From NCBI RefSeq assembly GCF_003918875.1, contig NW_025764992.1, positions 2,108,001-2,172,000 on the forward strand: a DNA stretch of 64,000 nucleotides, in the 5' to 3' direction. The notes below the pieces were generated by a model, which worked only from the letters and a program-made list of their open reading frames with translations, had not been told where the DNA came from and made no database searches. This document shows positions 40,010-51,400 of this stretch, piece by piece. The stretch is from Haliotis rubra. Taxonomy: Eukaryota. A program made the translations under genes and the position numbers. Within the stretch, counting starts at the first letter, position 1. Each line of letters opens with the position of its first letter.

Positions 40010-40534
40010 AATGTTATAAGATACAAAGAAAACACAGATGTATTGTTTCAATATGTTTACTGACCGAGTCAAAATGATTCATGTCAATGCATGGACACAT
40101 TTTGGAAAACTGGATCATGGAATACTCGTAAATGCAATACAAATACAAGCTATAACTTGAGTTATGCATAATTGCAAAGATGGCGTTGGCAATGTTGTTC
40201 ACAATTATTTGTTGACCATAAAAGATGAGGATTCTTGTAGTCGTTCTTGCCAGACTGAACATGACCCGGTTCACATGAACATCAGTTGAGTTCACGAGAA
40301 TAACTCAACAGCTTTGCGAGTTCAAGATGTTAATTCTTTTATTGTGCATGCGGAAAGATAATCTCTTTGTGATGGAATAAGTAATATGTAGATGCCTTGA
40401 GCAGTATTTCAATTTTGACGATGAATTGGAGAACTATATCTGATGCAGTTTGTTATTTCACAATTGTTATTTCAGATGTTACTTGTGAAACATATGAAAG
40501 AAATACATCGTTCTGCAGTCTAGAAGTTGGAGAG

Positions 40535-41160
40535 TCAATAATAAAGCAGACAACTTTATGGATAACAACTTCTTTTTTAGGGACCGTTCATAATTTATGG
40601 CTCGGGGGTGATGATGACTTTAAGGGGGATCACCCATTTTGTTCTGTGGAGACATGGGGTGTGTGGTGTGGTGTGGTGTGGTGTGGTGTGTGTGTGTGTT
40701 AAATCCATTTTGTACACATGTACTAGTTGGGGTCAGCAATTTTCTACATAGAAATATTAACAAATTATGCTTACAAATTATGGGGACGGGGGAGGTGGGG
40801 TTTCATTTATTTTCTACATGACATACAGGTCACAGGTCACTTACTTTGTACATAAATTTTAGAGGGGGTCATTCACATTGTACATGCTTCTCCATGAAAA
40901 TCATCACCACCACCCCCCCACAAAGTAATAAATTATGAACAGTCCCTTGTCGCACAGAGCGATGTTTCGGTGTAGATTCTTACGTCGTTTTCAAGCTAAC
41001 TTTGTAAGAACCTACACCGTTTTCAAGCTAACTTTGTAAGAATCTATACCATTTTCAGCTAACTTTTAGCGTGAAAACGGTGTAAGAAACGACACCAAAA
41101 CGTCGTTCTGTGCAATAAACAAGAAGTTGTTATCCATAAAGTTGTATGCTTTATTACTGA
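40535..41160. mobile_element. Foldback remnant, Penelope-like ends with hammerhead-like core (locus C), interrupted by a MITE
   Basis: Arms taataaagcagacaactttatggataacaacttc / gaagttgttatccataaagttgtatgctttatta. Cores on the minus strand (40958-40997) and plus strand (41068-41107). Confidence 0.65.
40580..40946. mobile_element. Harbinger-like MITE nested in a foldback element
   Basis: TIR gggaccgttcataattt / aaattatgaacagtccc with TTA/TTG flanks. It interrupts the left arm of the 40535-41160 palindrome. Confidence 0.75.
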
Positions 41161-42876
41161 AAGAAACGCAGCATGCAATACAACGTGGAGGATTCCAGAA
41201 AGATGCTGTCTGCATGGCAAACTGTCATGTCAACACACCCTTTGTCCATAAACACTTTATGCATTATAGAATGTGACTGCATTTTTTATGCAGCATACCC
41301 ATGATAAATTGTAAGGCTGCACGAATCCACTGTGAGGTGGAATACTTGGGTAACAAATACAATACCACCTTGGCAGTTGATGTATTATTCCTTGTATTCA
41401 GTGAAACAATAACATATTTGTTGACCATTTGATTTGACCATGTTGACAGTATTTATGTATCATATTAATGACCTGTTACCACACTTATATTAGTAATTTG
41501 AGCAGTTATTGTCAGATTAATAATATAAGAGTTGACTATTATCCTGGATGTATTCCACTTTACATGCTGACATGAAAAAATACTTTGTAATTACTCTGTG
41601 TTTTGTACAAAGAATTATCAACAAGTAAGCTGGAGTTGTATGGTTAGAGTTATGTCCCCTGCTTTGATACAGACTTAACAAACATAACTACCTTGGTCAT
41701 TTATGCTACCATTTTGCACACACTTACATAGGTAAAAAATCGAAGTTGATGTCCTTTATTAACCCTGAAAAAAAGAGATAAAAACCAATTGCTGTATAAA
41801 AGCATAATTCTACACTAACTACCATGGAGCACTGGATGAATTGCAGTGATGTCTGGCACCAACTAGAAAGAGAAGCTGGAGGAAGATGCTATTCATTCTA
41901 CTGCCTAATGCCTAGGTAAAACTTCTGAAACAAATTAGTTTACTGATTCCTACAACCCTAGATATATGAAAATTGGAAAAAGCACCATTGTTTCAGAATG
42001 TTGAATAATAAAGGTGTGGTCACTCCGACCAAAGTGCACCAATGCATTACAACATGTTTAAACAATGTAATAAACTTCACCTACACTGCACTAGTGTACT
42101 AAAAAAAAGCCAGTCTGCTCGCCTTCAACATTTTGATCAAGGTAGAGATTCTGAAATATCTCTAGCCCCACAAGCAATGGATCTCTCAGCACACCTTTCA
42201 GCTCTCCCTGTGTCTGTAGATCAATACAAACATCCAAAACCTAAACAGTCTAGTAGGTATTATAACCATATAAGGTTGCTCAAGTTGTGTGATAAGAGTT
42301 AACCCTCTTCAAAATATTTAACTCATGATTTGTAATTAGGGTATAATATTATTAAAATCTAAATTTAGATATTTAAATACTTACCTTACCTCATGGTAAT
42401 GTGCATATTACCTTTGCACATCCGATACGAAGATTGGTAAGTTAAAAATTATTGATAATTTTGCATAATCATATGTCTGAAAGATATACTGTCAAACAAT
42501 TTAAAACTTGCTACGAACTTTAAAGGCTAGCTTTCCTACCTGACCAGAAATATTCCTTCACCATTTCACCCATAGCATCGCACAGCATAATATTGAACCA
42601 CAAGAATAATTAATCTGATATGTCTGTTCTGAAAAGAAATCCACCAACCAACGAGGATATTTCACACGTTATAATGAAAGTCTAACCTCATGTATGAGGA
42701 TGCTACAAGCAAGAGATTCAGTAAGATAGCATTAATGTAAGGAAATGATGTTGAAAAGGTCATTACAACCACAACATAATGACATGATGACTTTACAGCA
42801 ACTGATGTAACAATGATAACGTTCTCAAAAGGAGACTGATAAAGGATGTCACAGAAATGAATGTGCTTCGGTATCT

Positions 42877-45800
42877 TCATGAGCTGGATTTTACAAAATT
42901 CATTTTCGGTTTTTTGGCAGGTGATTCGTTTTCATTGTCATTTTCACTTTCCTCTGTGTTGTCTGATAGTTTTCTCTTTTCACATTCTTCAGGTTTATTT
43001 TGTTTCTCTCCTGTTTCTTCATCCTTTTCTTGTGTTTGTGCGTCTTCCTTGCTTGTCTCTGTTGTCTGTTTATTCTCTTCTTCATCATGGAAGCCGAGAC
43101 CAACATGTCCCCGCCGGCCGCCAATCCGACGATGTTCCATTCCTTGCTGATACTGCTCTTCCAACTGTGATGACATCCTTGTCACGTCACCCTCTGAACA
43201 AGTACACAATAACATTAGAACAGCACTCTGAAACTACTTTGATTTGCGTAAGTGAGTGAGTGAGTTTAGTTTAACGCCAACTGAGCAATATTCCAGCTAT
43301 ATGGCAGCGGTCTGTAAATAATCGGGTCTTGACCAGAAAATCCAGTGATCAACAGCATAAGCATCGATCTGTGCAATTGGGAACCGATGACATGTGTCAA
43401 CAAAGTCAGCGAGGCTGACCACCCATCCTGTTAATCGCCTCTTACGACAAGCATAGTCGCCTTTTGTGGCAAGCATGGGTTGCTGAAGACCTACCCCGGA
43501 TCTTCACGGGTCTGATTTGTGTAAGTCCGCAGAATATACTTGCTGTTGGTTCGCTGCATTTCAGTGTAACCAGTAACGTAAATTGTCCAGAATGTCAAAC
43601 TGAATTTAAAGGAAGTGAATTTCACATTGTGGTGTTTTTCTGGCTTATGAACACTTGAACCATGCAAGCTAAAATCAAGATTTTTACTTGCACAATTCAA
43701 AGCATTCATACTCTAGTAAACCACTACAGGGGTAAATTCATTTCTACAGCATTATATCCTAACGCAGTAATGATTAAATTTACATTGTTCAATCATGAGA
43801 TACTCTATTCTTCTCCAAACATATTAAAAGACAGATTTTCATTCATGTGAAATAACACTTTATGCCAGATCTACATCATTGAACTATGGTTTTTGAAAGG
43901 CTTAAAATGTCAACATTCAAGTCACTTGATGGGGTATACATACTATTCGACAAGAAAACCACAAATATTGTCGGAGTGAGTGAGTGACTTTAGCTTTACG
44001 CCGCTTTTAGCAATACTCCAGCAACATTACGGCAGGGGACACTAGAAATGGGCTTCACACATTGTACCCATGTTGGGAATCAAACCCGGGTCTCTAGCGT
44101 GATGAGCAAATGCTTTAACCACTAGGCTACCCCACCTCCCTATTGTCTATGTATTGTAAACCAATGTCATAACGATGTGCCCCACTTACGGTCCCGTGCC
44201 CCGCCAACATCCTGATCTCCAATTACAAATCGGCCCTGGTGCTCCTTCTGAAAGAAACATAAGACCATAACAAACACATCAAAAGAACATGAACAGTGTG
44301 CTTCTCACATACTCCAATGTACACATGACGAGAATAGTTTCTCTCCAAACTCGGTATGTTCATGCAGGGCTCCAGATAAGGGCCGTATCGGCGTATGTAC
44401 GGATAAAAAATATGCACGATACGGTAGGAAATAATTTAGAAAACGTAGCATATACGCACCACGGCAATGGTGTACGGTCTTAGAATCATTTACAGACGAA
44501 TTTATCTGAAAAAAGTACTGTTTTATTGTTTATTGACCTGTTTACACAAGACTAGCAATGTTGTGGTGTGTATATGAAACGAAACACAAGGTTACTGATC
44601 TGCCATTAAATTCAGTACTCTGAATGTACTCTTATGTTTTTCTAGTACTCCTGCATTGAAAAAAATAAGGAGTACGTACTCCTGATGTTGAAAAATTATC
44701 TGGAGCCCTGTTCATGAATTCGGGCCCAGAATCTTGTATGCAAGACATGACCACTTGTCTATTTATGTTGATGTTATGCACAGCACTCATCCATGATGAC
44801 TTATAAACATGATGGATGCAACTTATGTCTATCTCTAAGCGAGTGAGTGAGTTTGGTTTTACGCCGCTTTTAGCAATATTACAGAAATATCACGGCGGGG
44901 GACACCAGAAACGGGCTTCACACATTCACGCATGTGGGGATTCGAACCCGGATCTTCGGTGTGACGAGTGGACACTTTAACCACTAGGCTACCCCACTGC
45001 CCCTCTCTCTGTGAGGGTTTGCAGTATTATTATGGTTAGTCAATAAAGATATCCTTAGTATCAAAGAAATCATATCTGACTGCAAAGGAATGTAGATACA
45101 TGACCATTAAAGGAAAGCCCAAAGTTAAACAGGTAGCAGACATTTATCACTTTTGTGAAACCCACTTGCATGTGTATGGTGAATCAAGAATCACAATCAG
45201 GAATTCTGAACACAAGACAGTGTGTCCTGGTATGGGGAACAACTACTAGTATACTACTCACACTTTGCTAAGGATCATACAAATTCACAACTTTACTTAA
45301 ACATAGATTTATAATTTGAAATTGTATCCATTTAAAATTCTATAAATAATGATATGGTAACACATCTTTAGGAAAACAGCCACTTTAAGCTATCTGTATG
45401 CACTTGATACATGAGTAACCATAAAAATGGTTTTCATGGCACCAATCAACCATTTTGCAAATCATTGACAAGCACACAACACCTGTCAATAGCAGGTATG
45501 GGATCCACCAGATGAAATGACGTACTGAAAACTTGGATCCATGCTTACAATCGGCTTAGATATTTAAACCAAATTTGAACCCACGTCATAGTTTTCTGTT
45601 GAATCAATGATTTGATCCTTAGCAAAGTGTGAATAGTATAGTAGGTAACAACACCTATGATTATTAAGTCATCTTGTCCTTCCATCAGTATGACTGAGTT
45701 ACCAGTAATACCTAATGACATGTTATACATGAAATATATAAGGAAAACATTGACAAGATCAAATTAAACACCACGTTCCTCAAAATATTCACAATCTGTT

Positions 45801-48360
45801 TGTATATAGTGACAAAGTATCAGTGACATCTCGAGCCTCACCAAATGATCTACTTACTCACCTCTTACAACTAGCATAGCTTGCTGAAGACCACACAGTC
45901 AAATACAAAATTCAATATAACAGATTCCATATAAAACAGCCATTGTAAGTAAAGAGTCAATGTCATTATGGACATGAGAGCATCAGAAAACGAACCTTTG
46001 AGGCGCCCATCAATCTTAAGAACTTGGACTTCCTGTCTGCATCCCCAAGATCTGCTGTTTCCCAGCTGTTTGCAGAGTGGACCTGAAATGATAAAGAAAT
46101 TAATGTTCACAAAGTTCGAGCACACAGAAGTACTCTCATCAGTAGATCAATGAGATTCTTATTGCTTTCCCAGCTCCTGGAGAGTACACAACCTGTTTGG
46201 TGCTAGACTTTGAATGAACATATCGATGACGCCCTTCAGGGTACCCATATACTGCTGGATGAATACAGCATATTTTGGACAGTCACTTGCCAGAGAAGAC
46301 AACCCATTTTATCTGTTGAAATAGATATATGGAGACAATAAAACACCATTTGGGGGGAAGGGGGGAGCTAAACAACACTGCTTTCAGGGTTAAAGAAATT
46401 TTAATTTTGTAGTCTCTGATACTGATAAATGTGACTTGAAAACAAAAGTTTCAACCTTATTATGTACAATTTTTGAATTTGTTGTAGCAATCCCATCACC
46501 TGTTTTATGTAGCGCTTTGAGCATACACTTTCTACAGAATCCAGCGCTGTATAAATACACACATTATTATTAATATACTGACTATTTCAAGTACTTCTGT
46601 GATTACCTATTAGAAAGCTTAGTCTTGCAACTGATCAGCAATACTTAATATGCCTAAATAACATTACATGAGTTTGTTGTTTAATGCTGCATTCTCTCAT
46701 ATTGCTGTTATATGAATGCATAGGGAACCTATCCCTAACCATTGTAACAATTGTATGTTTCGTCAGCAAGACAGGAATCCAAGCATTAAGAATTCTGGCT
46801 GCCTAACAGTTAGTGACTGCCTGACTATGGTTTTACGCTGTTTTTAGCAATATTCCAGCAATATTCCAGCAATATCACGGCGGGGGTACACCAGAAATGG
46901 ATCAGCTATCGATAACAGTTATCGCCAATACATCAGTATCACGTGTGTGCAGTTCTGGTTGATTACAATTCCGCTATTTTCCCCCACTGTATTTGAAAAC
47001 AATAAAGGACAGCACAAGGAAATTCTTCATGGTAAGTAACATAAGAGAAAAATTAAAATCTACTGTAAATAAAACACTCAAATAGTCACACAATCAATTA
47101 TTCGAGGTTACTTTTTGATATAAATATATAGTATTTTACGAATGACATGAGAAATTCTGACATGGCGATAAATGTTACAGTTAGTTGTGAGAAAACATCT
47201 ATTTGCACTGCTATGATTCCCTTCCGCCATGTTATATAAAAACATGATCGGTGGCAGTGAAAAGGGTGGACACATCAGTGAATAGCTAATTAAGTATCAT
47301 AATTAATTCTGTTTCATTAATTTAACCAAACGGCGGAGTAATTTTGTAAATACTGCTAAAACTGCGATAACTGTTTGGCAGCCAGTAGAGTTGGGTGTAA
47401 CCTACCCAAACCCCAACACATCTAACCCTCAGGATCGAAGAGGCATGTGACAAGCCAACTAGCCTTATGGTGAGCTGCTCCTGGTAACCTGCACCCTTGC
47501 CAAAACATCTAAAAGTGGCCACATATCAGTTCTTATTTCACAGGTGAGTACAGCATTGTAAAGTCTAAAGTTCCGGAAAGACTTCCGCCCATATCCCCCC
47601 TTAAATTTCATTCTAGTCAAATCATATCACCCTCATCTGATAAGGATGAGTTTTAACATGTTTCTTTAATTGTATCGGAACATACTGAAAGACATATCCA
47701 ACTTATGAAAATGCCACTCGAAGGAATTTTTCCTAATCGTTCAAATTTAGAGGGATACGGGCGGAAGTCTTACCCTAAGTCGAAATTTTCCTCAGGTTCG
47801 GTAATCTCCCAGCTAACAGGGGCTCCTTTTTAAATTAAATAGAGTAAGTGTTTTTTTCGCAAAACTATATATATTCAGAGACAACGCGTTAGTCAAAAAT
47901 AAAAGTATGTGTGTATCTCGATCGAGTGAGCAGGTACCGTCCAGCCTGCAGCTTGGTTTCGAAATTAGACTGTTGGCGAGAAACATTAATCGCTCTGGAT
48001 CAGTGGCCCTTTAAGTTCTATTATGATACACAATGGCTGAAAGTAGCTCGTAGAGTTATATTTCACATCACAATTAAATAATGCCCATTTTCCTCTGATA
48101 CTAACCCACCCCAATTGTCTCAGAAGAATTAAAATAAATTATTGCAAACCATCGTCCTGTCACAATATACTGCCTCACAAGCACCTGTTCTCTGATCGAA
48201 AACCGAACAATAATTATCTAACTAATTTCATCGTATAAAACGCATGAAGTTGGATTTTTTAGCGCCGTGCATGTTTTGCAAAATAAACCTTTGCTTCTGC
48301 AGCCTCGTTTTCCGTTTTGTCAGAGGTGTTTTTAGTGCTGTCGTTTGTACCGTCACTCAT
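42877..48360 (-). CDS. C11orf58: Small acidic protein (SMAP, C11orf58 homolog), about 177 aa. Exons (minus strand) 48360-48289, 46082-45996, 44247-44190, 43193-42877
   Basis: Spliced product contains [55 protein letters not shown], an acidic tract and C-terminal KMNFVKSSS, matching the recalled SMAP family pattern. GT-AG sites and phases (0,0,1) are consistent. Exon 1 is inferred from its ATG, donor site and position at the shared promoter. Confidence 0.9.
43254..43512 (-). mobile_element. Non-autonomous retroposon family C (about 240-260 bp, no tRNA head)
   Basis: 5' gacccgtgaagatcc...cttgtcgtaagaggcga..., 3' gctggaatattgct...gcgttaaac plus microsatellite tail. TSD tgatttgYgtaagt at 43240-43253 and 43513-43526. 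Confidence 0.85.
43975..44140 (-). mobile_element. SINE family A
   Basis: Reverse-complement match. tattgtc flanks. Confidence 0.85.
44365..44710. mobile_element. MITE (hAT-like TIR)
   Basis: Perfect 15-bp TIR cagggctccagataa / ttatctggagccctg. ttcatg repeated at the flanks. Confidence 0.75.
44839..45003 (-). mobile_element. SINE family A
   Basis: Reverse-complement match to consensus. Confidence 0.85.
47575..47774. mobile_element. MITE in SMAP intron 1
   Basis: TIR ggaaagacttccgcccatatccc..taaattt / aaatttagagggatacgggcggaagtcttacc. Confidence 0.75.
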
Positions 48361-48461
48361 TTCTGCGTTTATCGTTTCGACTGAAAGTACTCCGGAAGCC
48401 GGTGACCGACGTTTGCGCATGCTCTCTCAATAACTTCCTTTCACGATCCAACACCATCAAA
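48361..48461. promoter_or_regulatory. Compact bidirectional promoter between SMAP and RPL36A with TCT/5'TOP-type initiator
   Basis: Only 101 bp separate the two ATGs. CpG-rich relative to the window. ETS/GABP-like CCGGAAG 48392-48398, NRF1-like TGCGCATGC 48414-48422, pyrimidine tract CTTCCTTTC 48434-48442. Confidence 0.8.
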
Positions 48462-51400
48462 ATGGTGAGGAGTATGACTTGTTCTTCCAAAATCTGTGTT
48501 CATCCTGAGCATTGAGTTACCAACATTCTTAATCATGACCAAGTTTAAATCTCTATTCTCGACATTACTCACCTGGCAATATATTACTATCACCGGATCT
48601 TTAATTATGCCGATATGGTATCGTTTTTGACTGCTGTGTAGTGACATAAACATCTGCACCTGGACGAGTTTGGTCGAAAATACACCGCGTAAATTCGGAC
48701 AGTTTGTGTTAATATCATGATAACAAAGTTTCCACACACGAAAAGATTTAAAGTCGCTTAATATCTAGAATGAACATGCTTCTGTTTTTCAAATGGACTG
48801 AAAAACAATTGAATTGCAAGTTGAGTTGGTTACTTATTGCACACCCAAAAGATACCGGTCTTGATCAGAATCGCTATAATGCGGATTGTGGAATGTTGTG
48901 TCGAACCCAGATCCCAGGGTATAGATAATCTTACTTTTGCATTGGTATTTTGTAGATTATACCAGTTGACAGACAACTTCGTTTGAGACAAGTAGATTGG
49001 GGTATGAGCTAGTCAGAGTATTCTACATGAAGTATCCATTTTTGAAACATTATGAAATTTATAGTAATGCTCTTCAAAATGCCCAAGTAATCTGGTGTAT
49101 GCTAATGTGAGGGCGAATTTTTGACACTCTTGCAGATTATATGCTTTCATTTTAGTAAATCCTAAGATCGTAATGTGGATCCAATCCCTTAATATCTAGA
49201 ATCACAATGGAGAAAAGAACACTTCAAGAAGGTTTGAAAATCAAAGAGCTAAAGAATTTTACTTCAGCTCAATGATTTAGATTTTGGTGTAAAAGCTTAT
49301 ATAAGACTAAAAGAATGCTAGTGCACATTTTAAATGTTTAAACCTTGATTCACTGTCCTCAGTCAAACAGTCCTTGAGGTTTGCACCTATGTCACTTGAA
49401 CACAGCACCCGTTAAATCTTATAGCAATGGGGTATTGACGTACACATTACATTGGAACCATCTGATTGTTTTTAGGTGAATATCCCGAAACAGAGGAGGA
49501 CCTTCTGCAGAGGAAGGGAATGCAAGAAACACACCATGCACAAAGTCACCCAGTATAAGGCTGGCAAAGCCTCCCTCTATGCCCAAGGTACAGGACTGTT
49601 TCACTTTCAGATATATGGAAAAAAGTATTTCAGAATTGACACACAAGGATTATTGGCTCTTGAGTACTCGTCAGTTGAGAGTGTGTAGTGTTCATTCTTA
49701 TACATAAAGAGGAAGGACCATCTGTGGCCACAGGAGACAAAAACTACTTTGGGATCCTTTTGTCATCCAGAAGTGCCAGAGTGCCAAAATTTCATGATCC
49801 GTCTCAGTTGAATTTAATTTCTTGTGCTTAAAGCACATTTAAGGAATTGCTACTGCTAGCAGTCAAGGAAATATAGCCACTTTTGCAGTATTTCCCAAGT
49901 CATGACAACTATCATAGTGTTTTTTGTGTGTTTTTCCTAAATTAATATGAATGGGAGTCTATTTTTTACTGTTTCATCACAAAATTAATTTTCTCCTTAG
50001 CAGACTTGCCTATCCTTATGATTTTGGCGTAAGACTTACTATTTTTGGTGCTAAGTTACGACCTTATGAATATGATCATACTGAAATTTGTACGACTTCT
50101 ACAAATAAATGGTAGAATACTAGATATAGACATGCCCATGCTATTTATAGAGTCATTTACGGTACAAAAAGTACAGAAAAATAGAAGTCACATCAAAAAC
50201 ATAAATAAATAATTTTTCTACCTTACAGTGCTGGTAAAGTTTATTTCAAAGTTGAAGACTTTAAAAAACGTAATTAGATTGGCACCACATTTTACTATTT
50301 AACACTATGTTAACATATTAACTAGCAATGTTCTTACTTTATTTCTTGACATTAATCTGTCTTACTATCAGATGCCCCTGCCTTACCATTTTTTTTTAGC
50401 TGATCTTACTATTTTCTTTAAAATGGGGTAGGCAAGTCTGCTGTAGATTCTTCATTTCAGTAAAAAAACCTCAGTTGTATCTAAAAGACCTTTGATAACA
50501 CTGCTCAGTTGAACATTTGTTTTCAAAAGTCTGTTTTTCAAACCATCCTTCCAGCACAACTGTGCCTCTCTGGAATCTGTTGTCTTGGTGTCAACTGAGT
50601 CACAGATAAAGACAGAGATGGTGGTGCAATGGAAGAAGATGAATTGAGCATTTCATGAGTTAATGATTTCACTTGGACCTCTTTCTCAATGTCCAGTAGT
50701 GAGATCTGTTACATGAGTGCAACATATTGACCAAGTATGAGGTAGTTTAAATGTTGTTTAACAAGAATTAAAGTATTTTTAAATCAAACCATACCTACTG
50801 CAGGAAATCTGTTTGCTGAATGTTTAATTTTGTTTTTATTTTCTTTTAAAAATTCTTATGTCTCTAAACTGTAGTGTCATACGTATTAGCAAATCCACAC
50901 TATCGTGTTTGTTTAAACTTTTGTCATCCCGTCTATAACAATTTCAGTGGAATTTCCTTACTTTCTTGCATTATCATCTTCAGTACTGTTTTTGCCCAAA
51001 TAACCTGTTACGTCCGGTATTAGAGAACAAGGCCCCCTTTTTCTCTCTGTTGAAAGGGTGTGAAGAACAATGTTTAACCATTTGCTTGAATCTTTCCTGT
51101 GCTTTTTGATTTTTAAACTAAGTTTTTTGGTGGTGTATCCATCTTTTCTGTCTGAGCCTGAAATCCATACCACTTCCTTGGGTATGCTTTCATACTATCA
51201 CCCATGTTTCTTGTAGGCTGGAGGTACGAATGTCACTCATCACAAAAGCAAACAAGGAACTAAAACAGCTAAAGTTCGAAAAAAAACCCAGCTGCTCAGA
51301 AAGTTGTATTAGTCATGAATGCAGAACAATCATAGTTAATTAGTTACATTATTGAATGGGAGTCTAGTTTTTACAGTTTCAGGGCAAGATGTTTTATGAT

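Noticed and set aside
42857-43259. Plus-strand hydrophobic ORFs (97 and 132 aa)
   Set aside because: Antisense shadows of the purine-rich last SMAP exon.
46140-46315. GC-richer block in SMAP intron 1 as a possible snoRNA or cassette exon
   Set aside because: No convincing C/D or H/ACA boxes and no matched donor/acceptor pair could be supported.
48465-49475. Additional snoRNAs in RPL36A introns 1 and 3
   Set aside because: No well-formed box pairs with terminal stems were found by eye. A cmscan/snoReport run would be needed to exclude them.
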